From an uncultured Nitrososphaerota archaeon (GTDB lineage Archaea; Thermoproteota; Nitrososphaeria; Nitrososphaerales; Gagatemarchaeaceae): a stretch of 64,000 nucleotides of DNA. Shown here one piece after another: positions 48,110 to 58,153 of the stretch. The position numbers and the translations under genes were made by a program. How positions within the stretch are numbered: position 1 is the stretch's first letter; every line of letters starts with the position of its first letter. The notes under the pieces are model-generated. The model saw only the letters and a list, made by a program, of their open reading frames with translations. It was not told the DNA's origin and searched no databases. The stretch is from contig CAWISW010000002.1 of the NCBI GenBank assembly GCA_963838925.1, positions 1-64,000 on the forward strand, in the 5' to 3' direction.

Positions 48110-49780
48110 ATGTCAACACAAGCTATCCCTGCTGTCACATCTAACGGGCAGCCGGTCCTGATTCTAAAGGAAGGAAGCAACCAGTCCAGAGGCAAGGAGG
48201 CGCAGAGGAACAACATCCAGGCGGCCAAGCTGGTCGCCGAGATCGTGAAGAGCTCCATCGGCCCCAGAGGCATGGACAAGATGCTCGTCGACTCGCTCGG
48301 CGACGTCACCATCACCAACGACGGCGCCACCATGTTGAAGGAGATTGACGTGCAGCACCCAGCGGCCAAGATGCTCGTGGAGGTCTCGAAGGCGACCGAC
48401 AACGAGGTCGGCGACGGCACCACGTCTGCGGTCATACTCGCGGGCGCCCTCCTGGAGAAGGCTGAGACGCTCATCGACAAGGGAGTTCACCCGACGATAA
48501 TAGTCGAGGGGTACAACAAGGCGGCCGCGCAGGCGATCAAGATCCTCAACGACATAGCCGAGAAGGTCCCGGCCAACGGCAAGGAGTCACTGGTCAAGAT
48601 CGCCCGCACCAGCATGCAGACCAAGCTCGTCTCGAGGGAGTCTCAGGAGCTGGCGGAGCTCATAGTCGGCGCGGTGCTGCAGGTCGCCGAGAAGACCGAC
48701 GCCGGCACTTACAAGGTCGACCTCGACAACATCAAGGTCGAGAAGAAGCCCGGAGGCTCGCTCAGGGACACGACGCTAATCAAGGGCATCGTCCTCGACA
48801 AGGAGGTCGTCCACGCGGGTATGCCGAAGCGCGTGGAGAAGGCGAAGATCGCCCTCGTCAACGCGGCCTTCGAGATAGAGAAGACCGAGTTCGACGCGAA
48901 GCTCAACATAAGCGACCCGTCCATGATGAAGAAGTTCCTGGACGAGGAGACGCGCATGCTCAAGGAGATGTCAGACAAGGTCGTAGCGATCGGGGCAAAC
49001 GTCCTGGTCTGCCAGAAGGGAATGGACGACATCGCCCAGCACTACCTAGCAAAGGCGGGCGTCCTCGCCGTGAGGAGGGCGAAGGAGAGCGACCTGACGA
49101 AGCTCGCAAAGGCGACTGGCGCGAGGATCGCCAACAACTTCGACGACCTGTCCCCCAAGGACCTCGGCTTCGCCGAACTGGTGGAGGAGAGGAAGGTCGA
49201 GCAGGACAAGTGGGTCTTCGTCGAGGGCTGCAAGAACCCGAAGGCCGTGACGATTCTCATCAGGGGAGGGACCCAGAGGATAGTCGACGAGGCCGACAGG
49301 TCGATGCACGACGCGCTCATGGTCTCAAAGGACGTAGTTGAGAAGCCCGCGATAGTCGCGGGAGGCGGCGCACCCGAGATCGAGGTCGCGGCCCAGGTGA
49401 TGAAGTGGACCGACAAGCTCGAAGGGAGGGAGCAGCTCGCCGCGCAGAAGTTCGCAGAAGCGATCGAGACCATCCCGATCTGTCTCGCCACCAACGCAGG
49501 CCTCGACCCTATCGACACGATGACCGAGCTCAGGGCCAAGCACGCCGAGGGCGGCAAGTGGTTCGGCGTCGAGGCGAAGGAGGGCAAGGTCAAGGACATG
49601 CACAAGGAGAACGTCCTCGAGCCCCTCAGCGTCAAGGAGCAGATAGTGAAGTCGGCCACCGAGGCCGCGTGCATGATACTGCGCATCGACGACGTCATCG
49701 CGGCAGGCAAGTCGAAGGGTCCGTCTGGTCCGCCAGGCGGAGCCGGAGGCATGGGCGGCGGCGAAGGCGAGTTCGACTAG
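48110..49780 (+). CDS. ths: thermosome (group II chaperonin) subunit
   Basis: GPRGMDKM, TNDGAT, GDGTTS, GGM tail. Confidence 0.97.
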   Translation: MSTQAIPAVTSNGQPVLILKEGSNQSRGKEAQRNNIQAAKLVAEIVKSSIGPRGMDKMLVDSLGDVTITNDGATMLKEIDVQHPAAKMLVEVSKATDNEVGDGTTSAVILAGALLEKAETLIDKGVHPTIIVEGYNKAAAQAIKILNDIAEKVPANGKESLVKIARTSMQTKLVSRESQELAELIVGAVLQVAEKTDAGTYKVDLDNIKVEKKPGGSLRDTTLIKGIVLDKEVVHAGMPKRVEKAKIALVNAAFEIEKTEFDAKLNISDPSMMKKFLDEETRMLKEMSDKVVAIGANVLVCQKGMDDIAQHYLAKAGVLAVRRAKESDLTKLAKATGARIANNFDDLSPKDLGFAELVEERKVEQDKWVFVEGCKNPKAVTILIRGGTQRIVDEADRSMHDALMVSKDVVEKPAIVAGGGAPEIEVAAQVMKWTDKLEGREQLAAQKFAEAIETIPICLATNAGLDPIDTMTELRAKHAEGGKWFGVEAKEGKVKDMHKENVLEPLSVKEQIVKSATEAACMILRIDDVIAAGKSKGPSGPPGGAGGMGGGEGEFD

Positions 49781-49853
49781 GCTAGCGAAGCGGCGCCAAG
49801 AACGATGGTGGGTCCCCGAGCGAGGGGCCTGCCTAGCATGTTTTTCTCATGGA

Positions 49854-50390
49854 CTACTTCGGGGCGAGCTTCCCCGCGTAGGTGAGCACGTCCAACTGTG
49901 ACCTTACCACGTCGTTGGGCTTCAGCTTGCTGACGTCGACGAACTTCAGCTCGTCCCAGGCGTCGCTCGTGGGCAGGCTCTCCCTCTCCGCTGTGAAGAT
50001 GAACCCGATGTCCCAGTGGTTCGGCAGGCCTGAGAACCGGGCCGTGCTCGTGTCCGCGAAGGTCAGCGGCCCCTGAAGCTTGAGGTTCTTTATCCCAAGC
50101 TGCTCTCGGAGTATCCTCCTAGCCGCCCCCTCGGGCGTCTCGAAAAGTATCAGGTGGGAGGACGGGAGCATCCAGCCGGAGGCGAAGCGCTCAAGGCGCT
50201 TCCCGTTGAGAGCGCCAATGTGGTCCCACTCCGCGTTCTTGTTTATCCTCCCCATGAGGACGTTGCTCGGCTCGTCCTTCTTCGAGATCACCAAGAACGC
50301 CGAGATACACATGCCTCCCTCGGGGACGCTGTTCATCCTCGGAGGGGTCGCGTCCTTGCTGAAAGCTGCGAAACGGCGGTCGGTCGTCAT
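49854..50390 (-). CDS. NUDIX hydrolase
   Basis: Degenerate Nudix box ETPEGAARRILREQLG. Confidence 0.75.
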   Translation of the reverse strand: MTTDRRFAAFSKDATPPRMNSVPEGGMCISAFLVISKKDEPSNVLMGRINKNAEWDHIGALNGKRLERFASGWMLPSSHLILFETPEGAARRILREQLGIKNLKLQGPLTFADTSTARFSGLPNHWDIGFIFTAERESLPTSDAWDELKFVDVSKLKPNDVVRSQLDVLTYAGKLAPK

Positions 50391-50395
50391 GATTC

Positions 50396-51328
50396 TCAGT
50401 TCTTGGGCGCCTGCGGGCCTTCGCTGGCGCGCTTCAGGTACGCGAGGATCCCCAGGACGCTGGCGCGCATCGGGACGGTCACGTATCCCGGGAACCCCGA
50501 GGGCGGGATGCCCGTCTCAGACATGATCTTCCGCCTAAGCTCCTCCACTATCTGCTCGGCGGAAAGGTGCATGTCGTTCAGCTTCCTCACGTCGTTGACC
50601 CACTCCTCGGTCTTCTCCTTCGTCCTGTCCAGGACGAGGCCGACGTCCTTCCTTACCCCGTAGTGCGGGACGAGGAGCATCTTCGGGTCGGTCTGGCGCA
50701 GCTTCTCGATGCTGCTAGCAAGCTTCACCGGGTCGAGGCTCGGGGGAGGCGTCACGGGCAGCAGCGTCGGGAAGGAGGGGAACACCATGCCGACGGCGTC
50801 GGCCGAGAAGAGGAGGTGCTCCTCCTCGAAGAGGACCGAAATCTGATGCGGCGCGTGCCCGGGGGAGTAGAGTGTCGTCAGGGTGGCGCCCCCAAGGTCG
50901 ACGTGGGACTCCTCCCCGACGGCCGTTATCTTGTTCTTGTCTACCGGGAGTGGCCTTCCATACATCTGGATCAGCTTCTCGCCGAAGACGCTCGCGGCGC
51001 TCTCCACCAGCTTCGTCGGGTCGACCAGGTGGGGGACCGCCCTCTCGTGGGCGATGACCCTGGCGCGCGGCATGTACTTCAGAAGGTGGCCGGCTGCCCC
51101 CGCGTGGTCGAGGTGGACGTGGGTGGGAATCAGGTAGTCGACGCGGGAGGGCTCTATCCCGAGCTGGCGGAGCCCCTGCATGACATTCCCGTAGGAGGAC
51201 GCGTAGCCGCAGTCGATCACCGCAGTCCTCCTCGACCCCTTCACCACGTAGACCGCGACCGTGTTTGGGTTGCCCAGGCCCACGGTGTCGATCATGTAGG
51301 CCCTGGACGTGATCCTCGAGGACGCCAT
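50396..51328 (-). CDS. MBL-fold metallo-hydrolase
   Basis: THVHLDHAG, PGHAPH, HYG. Confidence 0.92.
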   Translation of the reverse strand: MASSRITSRAYMIDTVGLGNPNTVAVYVVKGSRRTAVIDCGYASSYGNVMQGLRQLGIEPSRVDYLIPTHVHLDHAGAAGHLLKYMPRARVIAHERAVPHLVDPTKLVESAASVFGEKLIQMYGRPLPVDKNKITAVGEESHVDLGGATLTTLYSPGHAPHQISVLFEEEHLLFSADAVGMVFPSFPTLLPVTPPPSLDPVKLASSIEKLRQTDPKMLLVPHYGVRKDVGLVLDRTKEKTEEWVNDVRKLNDMHLSAEQIVEELRRKIMSETGIPPSGFPGYVTVPMRASVLGILAYLKRASEGPQAPKN

Positions 51329-51442
51329 CTTCCCTCAGGCCGCCTCTCAAGCATCCCTTTCTAAAGATGGGGCCTTCGCGTCCGTGCGCCCCTCCGCCCA
51401 ACAGTAATTAGACAGGCGCGGGTCCGACGGGGCGCAGGTCCA

Positions 51443-52654
51443 ATGCAGCGCCAAGAGGTCGTCGTCATAGGCGGGGGCTCCACGGGGTGCAGCGTCCTCT
51501 ATCACTTGGCCAAGGCGGGCGTGAAGGACGCTCTCCTCCTCGACATGGCACCTCAGCTCGCCGCCGGACAGACCAGCAGGTCGACGGCGCTCGTGAGGAC
51601 CCACTACAGCACGGAGGTCCTGACGAAGATGGCGCTCCTGAGCTACCGGTTCTTCAGGGACTTTCGCAGAGAGCTACCAGGGCGCAGCGCCGGGTATGTG
51701 GAGACGGGTCTGCTGGTGGGGGCAGACGACGCCTCGGTAAAGCCGCTTCGCGAAAACGCGGCGATGCACAAGAGCCTGGGAATCGATTCCACCATAATGA
51801 AGCCCGACGAGCTCGCGGACTCGGGCATCGAGCCGATGCTAAACGCGGGGGCGTTCTCCTTGTTCGCTTATGAGCCCAATGCGGGCTACGCCGAGCCATC
51901 TACGACCGCCGCTTCCTTCGCGTCGGCTGCGGTAGAGCTCGGTGCGAGGGTCATCACGGGCACGCGCGCGACGAACATAGAGCGCGCTCCGGCCCCTGGC
52001 CCGGGAGGATACACGGTCCAGACCACCCAAGGTCCGGTCAGCTGCCGCAACGTGGTGATCGCGACCGGAGTGTGGTCGAAGCCTCTCTTCGCTGGTCTCG
52101 GCATCGAGCTCCCGCTGAAGGTCTCCAGGCATCCGGTCGCCACGTTCGGGCGGCCGTCGAGCTACGCCGGCACTAGGCCGCTGGTCTTCGACTTCCCAAG
52201 GTCGGCCTACTACAAGCCCGAGGGCAATGACCTCCTCTTCGTGGGGAGCCTTGCTCACGAGCTGGATGCATCTGGCGAGGACTCTGACCCGAACGACTAC
52301 GACGAGGGGATAACGTACGAGGAGGTCGCGGCCTTCTCCGAGTCAGCCGCCACCGCGATACCGGTCATGTCTGCAGCGGGCACCTACCGCCGGGGGTACG
52401 CGGGTCTCTACGACAACACGCCGGACCAGCACCCGATAATCGACGAGCTGGCCTCCTACGGCTACCCCGGCGTCTACTGCGTCGTCGGCCTGAGCGGCCA
52501 CGGGTTCAAGCTCGCGCCGGAGTTCGGTCGCATCATCGCCTCCTTGGTCGCCGATGGGAGGTTCGAGGACTACGACGTCTCAGTCTTCGGGCTGCGCAGG
52601 TTCGCGGAAGGCAGGCTGCTGGGCGGCAGGTACAGTGTCTCGACGATCTCGTAG
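51443..52654 (+). CDS. FAD-dependent oxidoreductase (DAO/sarcosine oxidase beta-like)
   Basis: IGGGSTG, TPDQHPII, GLSGHGFKLAP. Confidence 0.92.
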   Translation: MQRQEVVVIGGGSTGCSVLYHLAKAGVKDALLLDMAPQLAAGQTSRSTALVRTHYSTEVLTKMALLSYRFFRDFRRELPGRSAGYVETGLLVGADDASVKPLRENAAMHKSLGIDSTIMKPDELADSGIEPMLNAGAFSLFAYEPNAGYAEPSTTAASFASAAVELGARVITGTRATNIERAPAPGPGGYTVQTTQGPVSCRNVVIATGVWSKPLFAGLGIELPLKVSRHPVATFGRPSSYAGTRPLVFDFPRSAYYKPEGNDLLFVGSLAHELDASGEDSDPNDYDEGITYEEVAAFSESAATAIPVMSAAGTYRRGYAGLYDNTPDQHPIIDELASYGYPGVYCVVGLSGHGFKLAPEFGRIIASLVADGRFEDYDVSVFGLRRFAEGRLLGGRYSVSTIS

Positions 52655-52673
52655 ATGGGTCTCTGATAGCCCC

Positions 52674-53381
52674 TCAAGAAGCTGGGAATTGCTCGCCCGT
52701 CGACGCGGGAGCTCCCTGGGCGGCGGGAGCTTTGGGTGATGGCCTGTTGGCTATCCTGTACACGACGAACGCGTAGAAGACAAAGAGGGGTATGAGGATG
52801 AGGTCATCGAGGGAGACCACGGCCTCGCCGAACCAGAAGGTGGCGAAGGAGAGCAGCAGCGCAGACACGGCTATCTTCATGTCCGCCTGCTTGACCTTCC
52901 TCACCTGGTCTCGCAGCAGGTACGTCGAGACGACCACCACCCCAATCCCGCCCGCCATCCCGAGAACGGTGGACTGGAACCCGTTCGGCAGGAGCCCGAC
53001 GAGCACGATGGCCGCCTCGAAGGCCTCGACCGCGCCCACCGAGAACGCCGTCGCCATCTCGCCCTTCTCAAAGTGCTCCTTCGAGCTCTTCCCACTCCTC
53101 GCGTTGAGGACGGCTCTCCTCGCGCTCTTGACGAGCCTCTGCCCGAAGTAGAGAAGCAGCACCCCGCCAGTCAGCTTGATGATGACATCCGGGAGCATGG
53201 TGATCAGCGCGCCCAAGACGAACATGGGCGCGAACACGACAACTGTCCCGAGCCCGGTGTAGAGGAAGACCGAGGGCCTGCCCGAATGCGCATACAAGGC
53301 GAGCGCGACGGCCGAGGCCTCCACCAGCTCCAGGGTCGTGATGCCCAGCGCAGCCAAGAAGATGGCGGGGTCGGCGAACAA
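52674..53381 (-). CDS. COG4280/TMEM165-like membrane protein
   Basis: Repeated ELVEA/EAFEA motifs in TM helices. Confidence 0.75.
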   Translation of the reverse strand: MFADPAIFLAALGITTLELVEASAVALALYAHSGRPSVFLYTGLGTVVVFAPMFVLGALITMLPDVIIKLTGGVLLLYFGQRLVKSARRAVLNARSGKSSKEHFEKGEMATAFSVGAVEAFEAAIVLVGLLPNGFQSTVLGMAGGIGVVVVSTYLLRDQVRKVKQADMKIAVSALLLSFATFWFGEAVVSLDDLILIPLFVFYAFVVYRIANRPSPKAPAAQGAPASTGEQFPAS

Positions 53382-53451
53382 ACGTCCCTACGAGCCCTTC
53401 TCGAATGTTAAAAACCTAAGCGAGCCTGCGAGCCCGGATCGTCGAGCCGGG

Positions 53452-53988
53452 TCACTTGCGGTTCTGCTGCTTGTACTTCTCGAACGCTATCTTGAACCAC
53501 GGAGTGTACTGGTCGGGACTCCTCGACATGTCCGCCGCCAGGTCGTCCATGGTGATGTACCTCGTCTCCATGATCTCGTCGGGGTTGGGCTTCGGCTCAC
53601 CCTCGAGCTTCCCGATTAGAAGCACGCAGAACTCGTTCTCGGAATAGTCACCGAACTTGGCCCAGTAAGTATAGTCGAGCTTCCGCTCGAGGCTCTTGAC
53701 ATCGACGTTGAGCTCCTGCTTCGACCTCCTGATTCCCGCCTCCTCGTAGGTCTCTCCCTTGTAGACGTGGCTGGTCACCGACACGTCCCAGAAAGCAGGC
53801 CAGAGCTTCTTCTTCATGCTCCTCCTCTGCAGGAGCATTCTGCCGTCCTTGTCGAAGAGGAACACGACGAAGGCCCTGTGCCTCCTGCCCATCCCCTTGT
53901 GGCAGTTCTCCCTCGTGTCGAGGCCCAGCTCCTTGTCGTTGTCGTCGACGAGGACGAGCCACTCGACCTGCTGTTGCTGCCCGCTCAT
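53452..53988 (-). CDS. idi: isopentenyl-diphosphate isomerase type 1
   Basis: HRAF, LLQRRS..KKLWP..WD, SH, ENEFC, PNPDEI, YTPWF. Confidence 0.9.
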   Translation of the reverse strand: MSGQQQQVEWLVLVDDNDKELGLDTRENCHKGMGRRHRAFVVFLFDKDGRMLLQRRSMKKKLWPAFWDVSVTSHVYKGETYEEAGIRRSKQELNVDVKSLERKLDYTYWAKFGDYSENEFCVLLIGKLEGEPKPNPDEIMETRYITMDDLAADMSRSPDQYTPWFKIAFEKYKQQNRK

Positions 53989-54140
53989 TGTTCCCGCTCC
54001 GCCCATCCGGCATAATAAACCGTTTCCGGCCAGACGGCGCCGTCCCGGATTCGTGTCGCAGTTGTTGAAGTGCGGGGGTGCAACATGAACTTTAAGTTCA
54101 AATCCCGAATCATTCATCCTCCTCAGGGCTCCGCGGAAAG

Positions 54141-54260
54141 CCGAAGAAGATAAACTCGGACGAGCTTGCCGATCACCTGCACCTGACGGGCTCCACCGTC
54201 GTCGAGCACCTCAGCAAGGCCGAGCACCGCCTGCTCGTCGGAATCTTCGGCGAAATTTAG
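54141..54260 (+). pseudogene. HTH_10 (Bat-like) regulator C-terminal remnant
   Basis: PKKINSDELADHLHLTGSTVVEHLSKAEHRLL with no N-terminal part. Confidence 0.65.
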
Positions 54261-54420
54261 ATAACGCCAAGCGAGACCATGGCGCCTAATGGGAAGGCAG
54301 AGGCGAGTCGAGATAGCGGTAGGTCCATGACAAAGCTCTTCTCTGGATGAGACGATTATCAAAAGTGGAAATCGCAGCTCTCCTTTTGGGCATCTTCGGC
54401 GGCATCGCTGGGTTGCTGCT

Positions 54421-55236
54421 ATGTCACCGCAAAAGGAGAGCGCGTCCCAAAGCGAGGTTCCTGACCATTCTAAGAGAAAAGGCCCTGTAATCGTCTGGCT
54501 GTTCATACTGTCGTATTGGGCCCTAACATCCCTGCTCGTTGGACGAGCAAGTTCGGCTTCGCAAATTCCTTCCGTCGTCACCGCGTCGATGTGGCTCACT
54601 TTCATCTCAGGCCAGCTCCTCGAGTACGCCCCCGTTCTTCTCTTCCTGTTCCTCTTTGTCTGGGTATACGAGAAGAGGGAGAGAGGCGGTGGCATCAGGG
54701 CGCTTTTCTCGAGCGTGGGCTGGAGTAGGACCGGCATCGGGAAGAGCTTGAAATGGGCCCTGGTCTTCCTTCTCATCCTCGCTCCTATTTCGCTCATTCT
54801 TTCTGGCGTGGAATCGGCGGTCGCCGTGGGAACCGGAAGCGCTTCGACGCAATCAGCAACGACTTCGATTCCGCTGGCGTCTCTGATGATCTTAGTAATC
54901 TCCGCCTTCGCTACGGCCGTGACTGAAGAGACGGCAGTCAGGGGCTACATTCTCGACAGGCTGATGCCGGCCCATCCTTCAACTCTGAGACTGTCTCTGA
55001 ACGCCATAATCATAACTTCGGTAATGCAGATGTCTTACCATACTGCGCCGTATTTCAACACCTATGGTTATTCTCTGCCCGTGGCATCTGTAGGTCTCGT
55101 AAGCGTCTTCGTGTACTCCATCTTCCTAAGTTTCGCGTACGTCAGGTCGGGAGCGAGGAACGCATCTGGGCCAATACTGTTCCACTTTCTCCTGGACGCA
55201 GGTTTCTATATAGTGCTGTTCGTCCTTGTTGGATGA
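54421..55236 (+). CDS. CPBP (CAAX/Abi) intramembrane metalloprotease
   Basis: EETAVRG, ..YH, ILFHFLLD motifs; visibly lower GC than host genes. Confidence 0.85.
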   Translation: MSPQKESASQSEVPDHSKRKGPVIVWLFILSYWALTSLLVGRASSASQIPSVVTASMWLTFISGQLLEYAPVLLFLFLFVWVYEKRERGGGIRALFSSVGWSRTGIGKSLKWALVFLLILAPISLILSGVESAVAVGTGSASTQSATTSIPLASLMILVISAFATAVTEETAVRGYILDRLMPAHPSTLRLSLNAIIITSVMQMSYHTAPYFNTYGYSLPVASVGLVSVFVYSIFLSFAYVRSGARNASGPILFHFLLDAGFYIVLFVLVG

Positions 55237-55311
55237 TGGAGTTTGGCAATTATTCAAGTCCATAGTTCGGCATGCAAACGGTCGCCATGATGCGCCGCGG
55301 ATGTTTGGTAG

Positions 55312-55430
55312 TGCGGGGGGTGGGATTTGAACCCACGAACCCCAAAGGGATGGGATTTCTTCACCGACGGCTTAAGTCCCACGTCTTCAACACCCTGCAG
55401 GTGTTTTTGACCAGGCTCAACAACCCCCGC
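55312..55430 (-). tRNA. trnL: tRNA-Leu(UAA) with two introns
   Basis: GCGGGGG/CCCCCGC-A acceptor, GTTCAAATC T-loop, long variable arm. Removing ~20 nt (D-loop) and 14 nt (after position 37) gives an 85-nt cloverleaf with CTTAAGA anticodon loop. Confidence 0.88.
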
Positions 55431-55445
55431 AATTTCGCCTTCACG

Positions 55446-56294
55446 TCAACCTGAATAAAGGATTTGCATGGCCAGGAGCTCCTTCCATCGAAGATAACGA
55501 GTAAGATGGGCGTCACAAATTGAGCCCACTTCCCGCATCCAGGCATCGACCGAATCTCTCCTGCCGAGATACGCGACAAAGATTGGCAACTTGTTGTGCC
55601 CGGTCTTCTTGATGTAATTGTAACTCCGAAGTGAATAACCCATCCGGGTCGCGAGTTTTACGAAACCGTCGCGCAACGACTGACTAGAGACCTGTAGCAC
55701 ACACCTTGCGCTTCTCTTGACGTGCGAAAAGCAACCGTCTGCGCTGAAAAGCCCTCGCAGAAATGCAACGATGACTTACGTGCTGTTGCAAGAGAGAACT
55801 TGCTGCGGGACGACCCTCGACCCTGCCTTGGGACCTGGAGCGAAACCAAAATGGAGAAAGAAACGGCGCACTTGAGACTTGCCAGATCTAATCGAGACGG
55901 TTGAGCCCGTTGTAGTCATAGATGGCTCGACGCCTAGGACTCTTTGCGCGAGATTGAAGACAAAGCGAATCATGTTGGTGTCGGTAGAATGCAGCGATAT
56001 TCCCCATCTATCGGAAATCCACCCATCACCAGCATGCAGTCCAAGCAACATGCCAACTTCAGTTGTCAGTTGCGTTCTAGCAGTGCCAAATATTGGATGG
56101 CTACGGCGCATCCGAACGCCATCTTTTCGGAGGACGAGTCTTGCGGATTCATGAGGAATCCCTGTCTTCGCAGCTATCTGGGCTAGTGAGAATCCGGTTA
56201 GGTAGAGCTGCTTAACTAGTTCCGACCGCTTCTCCTTTGGCACGATATTGTGACTGCTGTCTCGGCAATCTCTCGAAACCGCACCGACTACCAT
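55446..56294 (-). pseudogene. HTH plus double LAGLIDADG homing endonuclease-like gene with in-frame TAA (55776-55778)
   Basis: LLGLHAGDG and FLRGLFSADG motifs in the same frame on either side of one stop; lower GC. Confidence 0.8.
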
Positions 56295-56457
56295 CGAATC
56301 AAATGCTATTCGCCGATATAAGCAGCGATACGGCTCTTGCAGGTTCCCACGCCGTTAGCCAGGCTTGGCTACCCCCGCATTTGTCGGGTTGGAAACAACC
56401 CCCAAAAGCGTTTCCGCCAGCCCGGGATGGCGTCTTCGAGTGCGAGGAGCGATCGAC

Positions 56458-58149
56458 CTAGGAGACGAGCTTGAGAAGGTCTCGTAGCGGCAGCGAGTTC
56501 GCGACGTTCTTCGCCTCTAGCCACGCCCTCCTTGCCACCGCCACCCCGAACTGGACGTTCTCGAGCTCCGTCGGATTGTGGGCGTCCGAGTCCACGACTA
56601 GCTTCACCCCTTGCTGCATCGCCCTCCTCGCCCAGACCTCGTCCAGGTCGAGCCTGTTGGGAGAGCCGTCTATCTCGAGCATCTTGCCGTTGTCCTTCGC
56701 GGTCTTTATCACCTTGGGGAGGTCGACGGGGAACCCCTCTCTCCTGCCGATGATCCTGTTCGTGGGATGGAAGAGGATGTCGACAGAGGGGTGCTCCAGA
56801 GCTTTCACCGCCCTCGCGGTAATCTTCTCCGGCGATTGCTTGTACGACTGATGGATCGAGGCGCCGACGATGTCGAACTGGTCGAAGAAGCTCCGGTCGA
56901 AGTCGAGGCTCCCGTCGGACCTCACCTCGGCCTCGACCGACTTTAGGATCCTGAAGGGCTTGAGCTCCTCGTTGAGCTCGTCTATGGCCTTCCACTGCCT
57001 CCTGAACCGCTCCTCGTCGAGCCCGTTCGCGATGCCCACTGACACCGAGTGGTCCGTCAACGCGATGTATTCGTACCCCCTCTCCATCGCCGCCCTTGCC
57101 ATCTCCTCCAGCTCCGCGCTCCCGTCGCTCCACGTGCTGTGCATCTGGAGGTCGCCCTTGAGCTCCTCGACCTTCACGAGGTCAGGGAGCTTCCCATTCT
57201 GCGCGGCTTCGATCTCGCCCCTTGCCTCCCTAAGCTCCGGGGGGATGAACTCGAGCCCGAGCTTCGCGTAGACGTCCTCCTCGGACTTGCTCGCGATGAC
57301 CTTACCGCTCTTGGCGTCGGCGAGCGCGTACTCGTTCAGCTTCCAGCCCTTATCGATCGCGAGGTTCCTTAGCTCTATGTTGTGCTGCTTCGACCCGGTG
57401 AAGTACAAGAGAGCAGACCCGAGCTCTTCCTGCTTCACTATCCGCACGTCGACCTGTGTCCCGGTCTTCAGGAAGACGCTGACCCGCGTCGGCCCTCGCT
57501 CGATGACTCTGTCCGTCCCCGGGTAGCCCACGAGCGCGTCGCCCGCCTTTGGATCCGTCGCGAGGATGTCGATGTCCCCCACGGTGCTACAGCCCCTCCT
57601 GAGGCTCCCGGCGGGGTGCACATCGATGCCCTTCTCCTCGAAGTAGGCAACCAGCATCGCCGCCAGGTTGTATGCCTCGACGAGGAGCATCCTCGAGCTG
57701 TCCTGCTTCATCTTCTCGACCTCCTCGGCCAGCTTCTTTGCCATCACCTGTCCCACCGCGTCGGTGAGCCTGCCGGAAGCCAGCCCGACACGAAGGTCGT
57801 CGACGCTCTTGACGTGGTAGCTCTTCGAAAGCTTGAAGGCGGTTTTGGGGCCTATCCCTGGTACCCTCATCAGCTCGAGCGCGCCCGTGGGGACCTGCTT
57901 CTCCATCTTCTCGAGCGCCTCGAGCCGCCCAGTCCTCAGATACTCGTCGATCTTCTTCGCGATGGCGCTGCCCACGTACTTGATCTCCTCTAGCTGTCCC
58001 GCCTTCCAGACTTCCTCCACGTCCTTCTCCATGTTGCGGACGCTGGTGGCGGCTCTGTGGTAGGCGATGACCTTGAACCTGTCCTCCCCGGCGGCCTCCG
58101 AGACCTGGGCCATCTTGTCGAGCAGCTCCGCGACGTCGTGGTTCTTCAA
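56458..58149 (-). CDS. polX: DNA polymerase X / PHP domain
   Basis: GSLRR..GDIDIL, YFTGSK, HSTWSDG, TDHS, DSDAH. Confidence 0.95.
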   Translation of the reverse strand: MKNHDVAELLDKMAQVSEAAGEDRFKVIAYHRAATSVRNMEKDVEEVWKAGQLEEIKYVGSAIAKKIDEYLRTGRLEALEKMEKQVPTGALELMRVPGIGPKTAFKLSKSYHVKSVDDLRVGLASGRLTDAVGQVMAKKLAEEVEKMKQDSSRMLLVEAYNLAAMLVAYFEEKGIDVHPAGSLRRGCSTVGDIDILATDPKAGDALVGYPGTDRVIERGPTRVSVFLKTGTQVDVRIVKQEELGSALLYFTGSKQHNIELRNLAIDKGWKLNEYALADAKSGKVIASKSEEDVYAKLGLEFIPPELREARGEIEAAQNGKLPDLVKVEELKGDLQMHSTWSDGSAELEEMARAAMERGYEYIALTDHSVSVGIANGLDEERFRRQWKAIDELNEELKPFRILKSVEAEVRSDGSLDFDRSFFDQFDIVGASIHQSYKQSPEKITARAVKALEHPSVDILFHPTNRIIGRREGFPVDLPKVIKTAKDNGKMLEIDGSPNRLDLDEVWARRAMQQGVKLVVDSDAHNPTELENVQFGVAVARRAWLEAKNVANSLPLRDLLKLVS

Positions 58150-58153
58150 TCCT

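Noticed and set aside
53452-53988. IDI lacking the classic active-site Cys as a novelty
   Set aside because: From recall, archaeal type-1 IDI homologs often vary at this position; it cannot be called unusual without an alignment.
43629-53988. HMG-CoA synthase and idi as a lipid operon linked to the Tes-tail array
   Set aside because: They are 9 kb apart, separated by unrelated genes, and more than 30 kb from the array.
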